The notes beneath the pieces are model-generated. The model worked only from the letters and a program-made list of their open reading frames with translations, was not told the origin of the DNA and did no database searches. The position numbers and the translations under genes were made by a program. From the NCBI GenBank assembly GCA_001629255.1, contig LURZ01000032.1:1-59782 (forward strand): DNA of 59,782 nucleotides. Reading direction: 5' to 3'. Source of the stretch: Marine group II euryarchaeote REDSEA-S42_B7. GTDB taxonomy: Archaea > Thermoplasmatota > Poseidoniia > Poseidoniales > Thalassarchaeaceae. Shown here in pieces: positions 1 to 10,554 of the stretch. The first letter of the stretch is position 1; each line of letters starts with the position of its first letter.

Positions 1-1
1 G

Positions 2-643
2 CTTCAGCCCTTTCCTGAAAAGGGGTCTAGATTCTCTATGCTCCTATTTACAGGGGCCCTTATACTGTGGATTGCTAGCACCAGTCCAGATGGATTCGGA
101 GAAGACCTCCCAGCTTCGATTTCAGTATTTCTGGGTGGAGTGTTCATTGTTTTAGGCATTAGAGATATGAGTCTGAAAAAGACCGATGTGATTGTCGCCC
201 CTCTAGCAGGAGTCCTCTTTTGCATCGGAGGAATTAGTCTGCTTTCCTCCAGATGGGAGGTCGCAGATCAAGCAGAGCAGATTGGATCTTTTCTTCTCGC
301 CAGCACAATGGTAACACTAGAGTTGTATCTCGCATTTAGAGGACTCGTAATCGGTGTCCCAGGAATCGCGTGGTCTAAATCAGGTCTTAGACAGCTACAC
401 AGAGGCTTGATTCAAGGTCCCAACGGTGCTATAGCGCACTTTGAGAGGTCTTGGGATATGGAAGATCAATGGCTAAACTCGATGAGTTACGCGGCGTTGA
501 TTCTTATTCACAGGCATAGTAACAACCATGAGGAGGAAAAGGAATGCCTAGTCGAACTAGAGAAGTTGGGCGGCTGGGAAACCGTTGATAGTTCCTGGAT
601 TGAGGCAATAGAGAGAGGCCTGTTAGACTCAGTGCCAATCTGA
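2..643 (+). CDS. hypothetical membrane protein (5'-partial) with helical C-terminus
   Basis: Frame is open from position 2 to TGA at 643; four hydrophobic segments then a helical soluble tail; no recognised motif. Confidence 0.65.
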   Translation, partial: LQPFPEKGSRFSMLLFTGALILWIASTSPDGFGEDLPASISVFLGGVFIVLGIRDMSLKKTDVIVAPLAGVLFCIGGISLLSSRWEVADQAEQIGSFLLASTMVTLELYLAFRGLVIGVPGIAWSKSGLRQLHRGLIQGPNGAIAHFERSWDMEDQWLNSMSYAALILIHRHSNNHEEEKECLVELEKLGGWETVDSSWIEAIERGLLDSVPI

Positions 644-677
644 GTACGGTTGAAAACCTGAACCTCCTGGGAACAAC

Positions 678-1295
678 ATGGTCAGGATAACTAGAGTCCA
701 CACTGGGACCGGGGATGGTGGAGAGACATCCCTTCTTGATGGAAAGAAGGTTGGAAAAGAGAGTCCCAGGGTTGAACTTTATGGTACTATTGATGAATTA
801 AATTCGCAAATTGGCGTAGTCCGGATGGAGTTTGAAAGGATGCCGGGAGTGACAAGATTCCATCGCCCCGGTGAGGCTGATGAAGCGTTGTACAGAGTTC
901 AGCAGGAGTTATTCGACATAGGGGGGGAATGCGCCTGTAGTCCCGGGAAGTTGCCAGAGCAAATGGTGCTCGTAGGCATGGATGAGTGCGACAGGCTGGT
1001 TGAAGAAATGGATGATTGGATTAAGGAATTAGAGCCTCTGAAATCTTTCATCTTGCCCATGGGATCTGCGCCGGTTGCATTCCTGCATGTAGCAAGAACC
1101 GTTGCCAGAAGGGCAGAGAGGGAGGCTTGTCATCTGAGAAGCGTCGAGGGCGATGGTTCAGTTAGGGATGAGATTATTTGCTACCTTAACAGAATTTCAG
1201 ATTGGTTGTTTGTGATGGGAAGGTGGATTGCAAAAAACACCGGCGAGGAAGAGGTCCTTTGGACTCCGCTAGGTAAGAGAAATATGGAGTCATAG
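678..1295 (+). CDS. PduO-type ATP:cob(I)alamin adenosyltransferase
   Basis: Family motifs TGTGDGGETSL, YGTIDELNS, FILPMG, HVARTVARRAER, YLNRISDWLF. Confidence 0.92.
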   Translation: MVRITRVHTGTGDGGETSLLDGKKVGKESPRVELYGTIDELNSQIGVVRMEFERMPGVTRFHRPGEADEALYRVQQELFDIGGECACSPGKLPEQMVLVGMDECDRLVEEMDDWIKELEPLKSFILPMGSAPVAFLHVARTVARRAEREACHLRSVEGDGSVRDEIICYLNRISDWLFVMGRWIAKNTGEEEVLWTPLGKRNMES

Positions 1296-1739
1296 ACTTC
1301 GTCCGCTGGACCTAAGGTGATGGCGGGCAGAGCGGAGTAGCTCCTTTTCTTGCTCGAATGTGATTTGTTCCTCTGCCTCGTCAAACTGCAACCAGAGGTA
1401 GTTGTTATGCTCATGTGAGAGGCTTACCTCCAACTCATCTGTCTCCGCCAAATACCAAAAGACCTCTTTTGGGGTCTCCCTTCCTTTTCTGAAAAAGGTA
1501 TATTCAGTCTTCTGGGTCCATTCACTATCGATGGTGATATCAGATATGCCAGTCTCCTCTGTAAGTTCTCTTAACGCGGTAGAGTGGTGATCAGCGTCGC
1601 CCTTCTCCACGTGCCCCTTAGGGAAACTCCAGTGTCCCTGTGGGTACTGGAGGAGAAGAATGCTATCAAAGTTCAGAAGTATGAAACCGCATGAGGTCTC
1701 GAGAGGTCCAGGTTTGCCCTGCATGTCATGGCCATGCAT
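1290..1739 (-). CDS. NUDIX hydrolase, asymmetric Ap4A hydrolase-like
   Basis: HWSFPKGHVE..ALRELTEETG Nudix box plus SCG and LSHEH..YLWL motifs; start may be 1724. Confidence 0.85.
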   Translation of the reverse strand: MHGHDMQGKPGPLETSCGFILLNFDSILLLQYPQGHWSFPKGHVEKGDADHHSTALRELTEETGISDITIDSEWTQKTEYTFFRKGRETPKEVFWYLAETDELEVSLSHEHNNYLWLQFDEAEEQITFEQEKELLRSARHHLRSSGRSL

Positions 1740-1816
1740 CTATTCGAGATGAAAACCTTCCGTGATTATGACTTATCACAGAAATCACCATTGACGAGAT
1801 GGCTTGCCCAGAGGTT

Positions 1817-2794
1817 ATGCCGATGCATCCTTCAGATCTGGATATCAGGCGTATCCTCACCGATAGTGATCTGGATGGAGTGGTAACTGCAGCGATACTG
1901 AGGCGTTGGTGGACGGATGCTGAAGTGGTCTTCGGTCATCCAGGAGAACTGCGTGCGGGTCTTTTCGATGATTTGATTGATGAATGGACTGCAGTTTGTG
2001 ATTTACCGATGCACCCCAAATGTGGACTGAGCATTGATCATCATGAATCAAACAGACCGAAGGGCAATGAGAGCAAGGCAATGATAGTATGGAAGGATAG
2101 CCCCTCAGCAGCTCGAATCGCCTATGAATTATTTCACGAAGTTATTGATCTTTCTGACCTTGAGGATTTACTGGATTGGGTTGACAAGCTTGACAGTGGT
2201 TCGCTAACCCATGAAGAGTTTCGTTCTCATGCTCCTGCTATCAGGTTAAGCAGGATAGTTGATTCGGGGGAGGATACAGCCGCTTGGATTCTTGAGAAAT
2301 TGATAGCTGGGGCAACAACTGAAGAGATTCTGGCAGATTCAAAAATTTCCATGTTAGTTGCCGAGAAGGAGGAGGAGTTAGTGAATCTGAACGAGGTTAT
2401 ACTCTCTAGCATGCGCATCGAGGACAGGATAGCAATAGTTCGATTGGACGGTTCGGGAATCCGCTCTAATGGCTACAACGTCACTGCAATGGCTGGTGAC
2501 GAATGCGATGCGTGTATGATTATTCACGGTGAATTGGGTGCTGATTTCGGAGACTCTGGAAGATACCCGGTCTCTGCGTCTTTCTATACCAACTCATTCC
2601 TACATCGGGGGGGTGGAATCTACGACTTGACTGCCCTGGCAACCCTTTTCGATTCCGATGGCGGAGGGCATGCAAATGCATGTGGATGTAGAGTTAAGCC
2701 CATTGAAAGTGGGGTTGTCGTAGACAGAGAAGTATCAGAAGACGACATTGAGAGGAATATATCAGAGTGGCTAAAGATGTGGTCCAAGAGATAG
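1817..2794 (+). CDS. DHH/DHHA1 family phosphoesterase (NrnA-like)
   Basis: DSDLDG, CDLP, IDHH and C-terminal GGGHANACG motifs; start uncertain (1799/1817/1823). Confidence 0.85.
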   Translation: MPMHPSDLDIRRILTDSDLDGVVTAAILRRWWTDAEVVFGHPGELRAGLFDDLIDEWTAVCDLPMHPKCGLSIDHHESNRPKGNESKAMIVWKDSPSAARIAYELFHEVIDLSDLEDLLDWVDKLDSGSLTHEEFRSHAPAIRLSRIVDSGEDTAAWILEKLIAGATTEEILADSKISMLVAEKEEELVNLNEVILSSMRIEDRIAIVRLDGSGIRSNGYNVTAMAGDECDACMIIHGELGADFGDSGRYPVSASFYTNSFLHRGGGIYDLTALATLFDSDGGGHANACGCRVKPIESGVVVDREVSEDDIERNISEWLKMWSKR

Positions 2795-3445
2795 TCAGTC
2801 CCTTTTCCAGACTGCTCTGTACCTAATTTCCTCCTTGTCTGGAACCACGGCAGTATGGAACTCTACTTCTGACAGGCCTTCTCCGATTTGGTGTATGAAG
2901 TCTCTAGACAGCGGCCAAGGCGGAGCATCATTCTGTTCTTCTAGACCATTTGCCAACCTCCCTATGCACATCAGAAGGCCTTTTCTATCCAGAAGCGGAG
3001 ATAGGTTCCTATAGGCCCTATTTCTAATTTCTTCTGGGATTGCTTGTAGAATATGTACCTCAAGGACCAGATCGAAGGCCTCCTTCCACCTCTGTTCTGG
3101 TTGAACAAGGTCTCCAACCAACCAATCAATCTCTTTCCCCTTGTGCAATTGACTTGCCCATTCAACTGCTGACTCAGACACATCGAATGCTGTAACTTTC
3201 CATCCTTTCTCATATAGGAATGCTGCGTCCTCTCCCAGACCAGAACCAACAACCAGAGCGCGTCCAGTATGCTGATTTTCTTCTGTCCACTCTACTAAGA
3301 AAGGGTGAGGTTCCATCCAATCCCAAGGAATCAGTCTCCTGTCTCTTCGAGAGCTACAGTAGAGCTCCTCAAACCAAGATAGCGGGTCATTAGAATTCTC
3401 TGAAGTAGAATAAATCTCAAGCATCCTCTCTCTTGCTTCATCCAT
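2795..3445 (-). CDS. class I SAM-dependent methyltransferase (TPMT-like)
   Basis: IPW, ALVVGSGLGEDA motif I, TAFDVS, FDLVLE and PPWPLS motifs. Confidence 0.85.
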   Translation of the reverse strand: MDEARERMLEIYSTSENSNDPLSWFEELYCSSRRDRRLIPWDWMEPHPFLVEWTEENQHTGRALVVGSGLGEDAAFLYEKGWKVTAFDVSESAVEWASQLHKGKEIDWLVGDLVQPEQRWKEAFDLVLEVHILQAIPEEIRNRAYRNLSPLLDRKGLLMCIGRLANGLEEQNDAPPWPLSRDFIHQIGEGLSEVEFHTAVVPDKEEIRYRAVWKRD

Positions 3446-3454
3446 TTCTAAGAC

Positions 3455-4684
3455 CTACATGTGAGACACGATTGCTCGACCGAAATCTGAACAGGAAAGG
3501 AGGGTAGCGTCCTCCATTAGTCTCTCAAAATCATATGTCACTTTCTTAGAGGAAATCGCTCCCTCCATGCCCTTTACGATCAAATCTGCTGATTCTGTCC
3601 AACCTATATGCCTGAGCATCATCTCCCCAGACAGAATCAGACTTCCAGGGTTAACCTTGTCCTGTCCAGCGTATTTAGGAGCCGTGCCGTGAGTGGCCTC
3701 GAAAATTGCTACACCCGTGTCATAGTTGATGTTCGCACCGGGAGCAATGCCGATTCCCCCCACTTGTGCAGCTAGTGCATCTGAGATGTAGTCACCATTC
3801 AGATTCATAGTAGCCAGTACCTCATATTCTCTAGGTCTAGTCAAGATCTGTTGAAGCATCGCATCCGCAATAACGTCCTTCACAACTATCTCAGTGCCTG
3901 TATTCGGATTTGTAAATGAGCACCATGGCCCTTCATCGATCTCGGATGCACCAAACTCCGTCTTCGCGATGTCATATCCCCAATCTCTGAAACCCCCCTC
4001 GGTGAACTTCATTATGTTGCCTTTGTGGACCAATGTGACGCTCCCCCTGTCATTTTCTATTGCATACTTGATCGCGGCTCTGACTATCCGAGAAGTTCCT
4101 TGTTTACTGATGGGTTTGATTCCCAAACCGGATGTATCTGGAAATCGAATTTTGTCGACACCCATCTCGTTCTGAAGGAAATCTATGACCTTTTCAACCC
4201 CTGGACTACCTGCCTCCCACTCTATCCCAGCGTAGACGTCTTCGCTGTTTTCCCTGAATATCACCATGTCAACCGAGCCTGGGTCCTTAACTGGACTGGG
4301 AGTTCCGTCAAACCACCTTACTGGTCTAACACAGGCGAATAGATCTAATTGCTGTCTAAGAGCCACGTTTAAGCTCCTAATTCCACCTCCAACTGGAGTG
4401 GTTAATGGGCCTTTGATAGAAATCAGGTTCTCTCTCATTGACTTCTTGGTTTCCTCGGGAAGCCATTCCCCAGTGGAGTCGAATGCTTTCTGTCCGGCTA
4501 GCACCTCCCTCCAGTGTATTTTCCTGTCTCCAGAATATGCTAATTCAACTGAAGTATCAAGGACATCTATCATCACTGGGGTAATATCTACACCGATTCC
4601 GTCCCCTTCAATAAAATGAATCACGGGGTTATTGGGGACTTCTAATTCCCCATTAGAAATTGATATTTGTTCTCCTTCTGACAT
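3455..4684 (-). CDS. icd: NADP-dependent isocitrate dehydrogenase (homodimeric bacterial type)
   Basis: [54 protein letters not shown]; start moved to ATG 4684 (MSEGEQ). Confidence 0.97.
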   Translation of the reverse strand: MSEGEQISISNGELEVPNNPVIHFIEGDGIGVDITPVMIDVLDTSVELAYSGDRKIHWREVLAGQKAFDSTGEWLPEETKKSMRENLISIKGPLTTPVGGGIRSLNVALRQQLDLFACVRPVRWFDGTPSPVKDPGSVDMVIFRENSEDVYAGIEWEAGSPGVEKVIDFLQNEMGVDKIRFPDTSGLGIKPISKQGTSRIVRAAIKYAIENDRGSVTLVHKGNIMKFTEGGFRDWGYDIAKTEFGASEIDEGPWCSFTNPNTGTEIVVKDVIADAMLQQILTRPREYEVLATMNLNGDYISDALAAQVGGIGIAPGANINYDTGVAIFEATHGTAPKYAGQDKVNPGSLILSGEMMLRHIGWTESADLIVKGMEGAISSKKVTYDFERLMEDATLLSCSDFGRAIVSHM

Positions 4685-4759
4685 GTCTACCAAGCTGCTC
4701 CGACTAGAAAGTGATAGATGAAGCCAACCCTTCAAGGGGGTGCATCGTTTCGAACGTGT

Positions 4760-5152
4760 ATGAATGGGGAAGTAGCTTGGACCGAATCTACTGGCTACAC
4801 CGGAACTACCAGCGGAGGGAAAACATTCGGTATTTACGATTCAGAATCACCCAGTCCAATGGAAATGGTACTTCACGGTCATGCTGCCTGTTCTCTGATT
4901 GACGTTATTGACGGTCTGAAGCATAGGAAACAAAACCTCGAGTTCATCAAGGTTGAAATCGAAGCTGATAGAGCAGATGAGTCACCTAGGGTATTCACAT
5001 CCGTAAGAATGAGGTACATCGTGAAAGGCGTGGTGCCAGAGGAATTGGTGAGGAGGCTGATTGAAAGTAGCCACCAAAAGCACTGTAGTGTTGGAATAAT
5101 GATTACGCGCTCTGGTGCTGAATTGGTGTGGTCTCTTGAAATGATTTCCTGA
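4760..5152 (+). CDS. OsmC/YhfA family protein
   Basis: SPMEMVL..AACS..DV and KHCSV cysteine motifs; likely start ATG 4760 avoids overlap with the icd leader. Confidence 0.88.
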   Translation: MNGEVAWTESTGYTGTTSGGKTFGIYDSESPSPMEMVLHGHAACSLIDVIDGLKHRKQNLEFIKVEIEADRADESPRVFTSVRMRYIVKGVVPEELVRRLIESSHQKHCSVGIMITRSGAELVWSLEMIS

Positions 5153-5313
5153 GATTCTATCCACTCGAGAAAATGGTATAGTAAATATTTTTTTCAAAAC
5201 GGCCCGCGTTGTGTGAGGTTCGAACCTAATCATTAAACACCCCCCATCCGGAAGAGCAAATCCCTTGCGCTGCCGGGACCATCCTCGGCCAGGCAATATG
5301 GGAGGAAGATACA

Positions 5314-8300
5314 ATGCAAACGAAAATAAAGTCCTCTAAGAGCGATGTAGAATCTGAAAGTGGTTTGGTCGTCGAGCGGCGGTTCACATCTGCAGGGCAG
5401 GATCCGTTCGAGTCGTTCGAATGGATTGAGATAGACGTGGAGATTAGGAACCCAGACGGGTCTATGGCCGACTCGTTAGAAGGCGTGAAATTGCCTTCAG
5501 GATTCTCTGGAGTACCGGGGACGGTCTGTGCTCAGAAGTATCTCCGCAAAGCGGGAGTTCCGAAGTATCTTCGGACCGTTCCCGAGGACGATGTTCCAAT
5601 CTGGCTACAGCGAAGTGAGCCAGATCACGAGCGGCTTCAAACTGTGGATGCGGCTGAAAGAATGGGTGGTGAGATTGACGGAAGACAGCTCTTCCGTCGG
5701 CTCGCAGGGACCTGGACCTACTGGGGCTGGAAGTACGGATACTTCGCAAGCGAGGCTGATGCCCGCGCGTACTTCGATGAGATGTGCTACCTGATTGCAA
5801 GTCAGAGATCTGCACCTAACAGTCCCCAGTGGTTCAACACAGGGTTGCACTGGGCATATGGAATCGAAGGCCCGGCTCAAGGTCATAGCTACGTAGACCC
5901 AGATACAGGTGAGCTAGGAAAATCTACCAATGCATATGAGCACCCGCAGCCCCATGCCTGTTTCATTCAGTCAGTATCTGATTCACTGGTTGGGGGTACA
6001 GACTCAATCATGGGCCTCTGGAACAGAGAGGCGCTTCTATTCAAGTATGGATCTGGTACTGGTTCCAACTTCTCTAACATAAGAGGGAAGGGAGAGCCAC
6101 TTTCAGGAGGAGGGACTTCCAGTGGGCTTCTGTCTTTCCTGAAGATTGGTGATAGAGCAGCTGGAGCAATAAAATCCGGAGGAACTACCAGGAGAGCGGC
6201 AAAAATGGTCACTCTCGACATGGACCACCCAGATATTGAAGAATACATTGACTGGAAGCCCTCGGAAGAAGAGAAAGTCTCGGCATTAGTAATCGGAAGT
6301 ACAATCCTACAGAAACACGCCAACTCGATAATGGAGTCTATTTGGTCGTTTGATAGTGATGAGGGGAGGTTCGATCAGAAAACGAACCTCGAACTCAGAA
6401 AAGCTATGGTCAAAGCCATCCATGACAGTGTTCCTCAGGCTCACATCAAAAGGATTGTCGATCTAGCCGAACAAGGTTGGAAGGGTCTGGAGTTTGAGGT
6501 CCTAGATACTGATTGGCAAGGCGAGGCCTACACGACGGTATCCGGTCAAAACAGCAACAATTCGGTCAGAGTCCCTAACTCGTTCATGGATGCTGTGCAA
6601 TCTGGGGATGAGTGGAACCTCTACTTCAGGACGGAAAGAGACGCTGCTGCGGAAGAAGGAAGGGATGCTGTCCCATGTAGAACTGTGGATGCCAAAGAGC
6701 TCTGGGACAAAGTTGCCTACACCGCTTGGGCTTGTGCGGACCCTGGAGTACAGTTCGACACCACAATAAACGAATGGCACACTTGCCCTCAAGCAGGGAG
6801 AATCAATGGATCAAACCCGTGCTCTGAGTACATGTTCCTAGATGACACTGCTTGTAATCTAGCAAGTATTAACCTCCTACATTATTACGATCTAGACAGT
6901 CATACCTTCCAGATTGAAGACTTCAAGCACAGTGTCAGAGTATGGACTGCTACCTTGGAAATCAGTGTCCTAATGGCTCAGTTCCCTTCTGAGTCGATAG
7001 CAAAGGGCTCCTATGATTACCGAACTCTTGGACTTGGTTACTGCAATATCGGATCTCTTCTAACTCACATGGGAATCCCGTATGATGACGAGAGGGCCTT
7101 CTCAATATGTGGGGCTATAAGTGCCATAATGTGCGGGGAATCATATGCCACCAGTGCAGAAATGGCCTCATACCTCGGCCCCTTTCCGGATTACGAACGT
7201 AATTCTGAAGATATGCTACGCGTAATGAGGAACCATCGAAGAGCTGCATACAACGCTCCTGCTGAAGAATATGAAGGGATAACAGTATTACCAATGGGAA
7301 TAGACTCCAAGAAGTGTCCCAAGGATCTGCTAGAAGCCGCTAGAAGCTGTTGGGATCGGGCAGTAATGGAGGGTGAGGAACATGGTTTCAGGAATGCGCA
7401 GACGACGGTAATTGCTCCAACAGGAACAATCGGTCTCGTAATGGGCGCGGATACCACAGGAATCGAGCCCCAGTTCTCTATGGTACAGTATAAGCAACTT
7501 GCAGGAGGTGGCTCTCTGAGAATTATCAACCAAGGACTGCCAAGCGCCCTGTCTAGACTTGGTTACTCAAAGTCAGAAGCGAAAGGGATAGAGGAGTATG
7601 TCGTGGGAACCGGCAGACTGAGTCCATCAATACCCCATGAGATCCTAAGCAACGCTGGAATGACCCCCGAAAAATTGTCTGAAATTGAATCTGAGCTACC
7701 AAAAGTATTCCATGTTAGGAATGCGTTCTCACCGGACATTCTTGGAAAAGAGTTCTGTATTGAAAATCTCGGATTGACAGAGGACGATTTCTACTTGGAC
7801 GAGGACGGCAAGGAAAAGTGCAGCAACCCATGGTTCGACACTCTCTCCCATATTGGCATGACAAACGAAGAAATTGAGTTTGCTAACACAGAGATTATTG
7901 GTCGGAACACCATCGAAGGAGCTCCTGGTCTGAAAGATGAGCATCTACCTATCTTTGACTGTGCTCAGCCATCGGGAGCTGGGGTCCGTTCCATTGCTCC
8001 TTCCGGTCACGTAAACATGATGGCTGCCGCGCAACCTTTCATCTCGGGAGCAATTTCAAAGACGATCAATATGCCATCCGACTGCTCAATAGAGGATGTT
8101 AGAGAAGCATACAACCTTAGCCACGCCACAATGAACAAAGCCTGCGCCGTTTACAGGGACGGGAGCAAGCTTTCACAGCCCTTGATGAGTCAGCTAGTGG
8201 ACTCCATGGAACTAGAAGAGGAGGATGAGGGAGAGGGTGTTGTCGAGAAGATGGTGGAGGAAGCCGCGAGCGCCTTACCACTTCCTGAGCCGGTGGCGAT

Positions 8301-8970
8301 GCCTGTTGCAAAGGCGCTTGTTGAGAAATACATCGCTTCAAAGAGGCCGCTCCCTCACAGAAAGAGGGGAGCGAACTTCAAGGCCAGAGTGGGCGGTCAC
8401 AGCGTACGTCTCATCACAGGAGAATACGAAGATGGCAAGCTCGGCGAGATCTTCCTGCTTACCTCCAAGGAAGGCGCCGCTTGGAGAGCCCTTCTATCCC
8501 AGTTCGCAATCGCGGTGTCTATCGGTTTACAGCATGGAGTACCCATTGATGCATTCGTGAAATCATTCACATTCACCAAGTTCGAGCCAAGCGGAATGAT
8601 AGAGGGAGGCAGTGGACGTGTGAAGATGTCATCCAGCATCATCGACTGGGTCTTCCGCGAGCTGGCAATCGAGTATGCCGGTAGGGACGACCTAGCTCAT
8701 GTCCCTCTGAATGAGGAAGACCTGAACCCATTCTCCATCAGCAGACCAGAGGTGACTGAACAGGGACTGTCTCGGAGCCAGGGTGAGAAGCGAGAGGTTC
8801 AGATGACCCTAGAAGCAGCAATGGGAGATGTGGATGCGAGGACCAGGCAGGCTGCCAGGGAGAGAGGTTTCACCGGCGACATCTGTGAAGACTGCGGGGG
8901 AAGCCAGATGGTCAGAAACGGCACCTGTCTGAAATGCAATGAGTGTGGTTCCACAACCGGTTGCTCATGA
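5314..8970 (+). CDS. nrdJ: class II (adenosylcobalamin-dependent) ribonucleotide reductase
   Basis: PNSPQWFNTG, HACFIQSV, SNPCSEY (thiyl Cys), APTGTIG, SGAISKTIN, TSCPD-like C-terminal domain and terminal CxxC..CxxC..GCS; SD GGGAGG at 5300-5305. Confidence 0.97.
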   Translation: MQTKIKSSKSDVESESGLVVERRFTSAGQDPFESFEWIEIDVEIRNPDGSMADSLEGVKLPSGFSGVPGTVCAQKYLRKAGVPKYLRTVPEDDVPIWLQRSEPDHERLQTVDAAERMGGEIDGRQLFRRLAGTWTYWGWKYGYFASEADARAYFDEMCYLIASQRSAPNSPQWFNTGLHWAYGIEGPAQGHSYVDPDTGELGKSTNAYEHPQPHACFIQSVSDSLVGGTDSIMGLWNREALLFKYGSGTGSNFSNIRGKGEPLSGGGTSSGLLSFLKIGDRAAGAIKSGGTTRRAAKMVTLDMDHPDIEEYIDWKPSEEEKVSALVIGSTILQKHANSIMESIWSFDSDEGRFDQKTNLELRKAMVKAIHDSVPQAHIKRIVDLAEQGWKGLEFEVLDTDWQGEAYTTVSGQNSNNSVRVPNSFMDAVQSGDEWNLYFRTERDAAAEEGRDAVPCRTVDAKELWDKVAYTAWACADPGVQFDTTINEWHTCPQAGRINGSNPCSEYMFLDDTACNLASINLLHYYDLDSHTFQIEDFKHSVRVWTATLEISVLMAQFPSESIAKGSYDYRTLGLGYCNIGSLLTHMGIPYDDERAFSICGAISAIMCGESYATSAEMASYLGPFPDYERNSEDMLRVMRNHRRAAYNAPAEEYEGITVLPMGIDSKKCPKDLLEAARSCWDRAVMEGEEHGFRNAQTTVIAPTGTIGLVMGADTTGIEPQFSMVQYKQLAGGGSLRIINQGLPSALSRLGYSKSEAKGIEEYVVGTGRLSPSIPHEILSNAGMTPEKLSEIESELPKVFHVRNAFSPDILGKEFCIENLGLTEDDFYLDEDGKEKCSNPWFDTLSHIGMTNEEIEFANTEIIGRNTIEGAPGLKDEHLPIFDCAQPSGAGVRSIAPSGHVNMMAAAQPFISGAISKTINMPSDCSIEDVREAYNLSHATMNKACAVYRDGSKLSQPLMSQLVDSMELEEEDEGEGVVEKMVEEAASALPLPEPVAMPVAKALVEKYIASKRPLPHRKRGANFKARVGGHSVRLITGEYEDGKLGEIFLLTSKEGAAWRALLSQFAIAVSIGLQHGVPIDAFVKSFTFTKFEPSGMIEGGSGRVKMSSSIIDWVFRELAIEYAGRDDLAHVPLNEEDLNPFSISRPEVTEQGLSRSQGEKREVQMTLEAAMGDVDARTRQAARERGFTGDICEDCGGSQMVRNGTCLKCNECGSTTGCS

Positions 8971-8978
8971 TTGAAAAA

Positions 8979-9902
8979 TCAAATCTCGAGTTCTATGTTC
9001 AGGTTCTGAATTAGTTCCTTGTACCTGTTCCTGATTGTAACTTCCGTTACTCCGGCCACCTCAGCAACCTCTCTCTGGGTCCTTCTCTTCCCACAAAGAA
9101 CGCTAGCGATGTAGATGATTGATGCAGCGATACCGGTAGGCCCCCTGCCACTGGTCAATTCCTTTTCCTGTGCAGCTGCAATCAACTCGTAGGCCTTGGC
9201 CTGCACTTCAGCATCCAGATCAAGCCCCGAACAGAATCTGGGGATATAGTCCTCAGGCTTGGTTGGTGGTATCTTCATCCTCAGTTCCCTGACCATGAAT
9301 CGATAGGTACGACCAATCTCCTTTCTACCGGTTCTGCTAGCCTCTCCAATCTCATCCAGAGTGCGCGGATTTTCACAGATCCTGCATGCGGCATATAGGC
9401 TCGCGGCTGCGACTCCCTCAATCGACCTACCACGAATAAGCCTTGCATCGACCGCTTTTCCGTAAGTCACTGCAGCGGTCTCTCTTATGGTCTTAGGAAG
9501 ATCGAGTCTGCTTGCCATCCTGTCCAGCTCTGCCAGTGCCATGGCCTTGTTTCGCTCCGTAGCATTGCTTACTCGAGAGCGCTTCTGCCATTTCCTCATT
9601 CTGTAGAATTGGCTTCGGTACCTACTAGAAATCGACTTACCGGAGTAGTCCTTATTCTGCCAATCGATGTCCGTGGAAAGTCCCTTGTCATGTAGCATGA
9701 CTGTCATAGGGGCACCGGTTCTTGCTCGTTGATCTCCCTGTTCGGGACTGAACACACGCCACTCAGCGCCCTGGTCAATCACCTTGTCCTCCAGAACCAG
9801 TCCACAGTCATCGCAGACCACTTCTCCTCTAGATTCGTCTTTACTCAGATTTCGGCTTCCACATTCATCGCATTTCACGGTGTCTTCAACAAGGTATGAC
9901 AT
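8979..9902 (-). CDS. tfb: transcription initiation factor IIB
   Basis: CDECG..CDDCG Zn ribbon, [10 protein letters not shown]-reader, two cyclin repeats ([25 protein letters not shown]). Confidence 0.98.
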   Translation of the reverse strand: MSYLVEDTVKCDECGSRNLSKDESRGEVVCDDCGLVLEDKVIDQGAEWRVFSPEQGDQRARTGAPMTVMLHDKGLSTDIDWQNKDYSGKSISSRYRSQFYRMRKWQKRSRVSNATERNKAMALAELDRMASRLDLPKTIRETAAVTYGKAVDARLIRGRSIEGVAAASLYAACRICENPRTLDEIGEASRTGRKEIGRTYRFMVRELRMKIPPTKPEDYIPRFCSGLDLDAEVQAKAYELIAAAQEKELTSGRGPTGIAASIIYIASVLCGKRRTQREVAEVAGVTEVTIRNRYKELIQNLNIELEI

Positions 9903-10065
9903 TACATCCTCACCCCCTTTTCAACGAAAGGTATTAAATCCGCAAAAGGCATCTTATTTAAGGTTATAATATTTCTAATGTGTTCTCTTCTGCAGCAAGT
10001 ATAGACATAACTAATCATCGAGAATCGTGAAATACGAATGTTCACTGGCATGTCTGAGGGGAACG

Positions 10066-10554
10066 ATGTCTGAAGGAAAGTGGCCGCCAGAGAGTATAGG
10101 CCTCAGTCCAGGAAAGAGAGTTCTGTTCCTAACAAAGGATCTGGAGTTGATTCGAAAGCAACTGTACGAAGGATTGGACCTACGAATGGAAGATTTATCG
10201 GTTGGTGATCTTCTTGATGACATCAACACAGATGTGATGACTCCGGCTTGGGTGTGCTTCGATTACGATCCCGCAACTATAGCTGAAAATGCATATGCTG
10301 GTCTACTACACGATGGTCGAAGGGTGTTCGAGCCTAGAGCTTTGATTGACGGTGGCTTCGAAGTAATCGTCTCCGGGCATAGGAAGGGTACTGGATCAAG
10401 CAGAGAGACGGCGCCTCAGTGTGAGAGATGGTCGGGAATCAGAATCGTGATTGCGGCCTCATTTGCACCAATACATGAACGAAACAACCTGAATCTTGGG
10501 CAGCTTATGGGGGATCACTCGATACTAAGTTTGACACAAGAGAGCGCCCGATGA
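10066..10554 (+). CDS. aconitase/3-isopropylmalate dehydratase swivel (LeuD-like) domain, C-terminally short
   Basis: DDINTDVMTPA, GTGSSRETA, IAASFAPIHERN; ends about 18 aa after that motif. Confidence 0.8.
   Translation: MSEGKWPPESIGLSPGKRVLFLTKDLELIRKQLYEGLDLRMEDLSVGDLLDDINTDVMTPAWVCFDYDPATIAENAYAGLLHDGRRVFEPRALIDGGFEVIVSGHRKGTGSSRETAPQCERWSGIRIVIAASFAPIHERNNLNLGQLMGDHSILSLTQESAR

Noticed and set aside
5153-5313. Canonical cobalamin riboswitch or tRNA remnant (GGTTCGAA) upstream of nrdJ
   Set aside because: No B12-box was recognised and no cloverleaf can be built; the element is kept only as a palindrome and leader finding.
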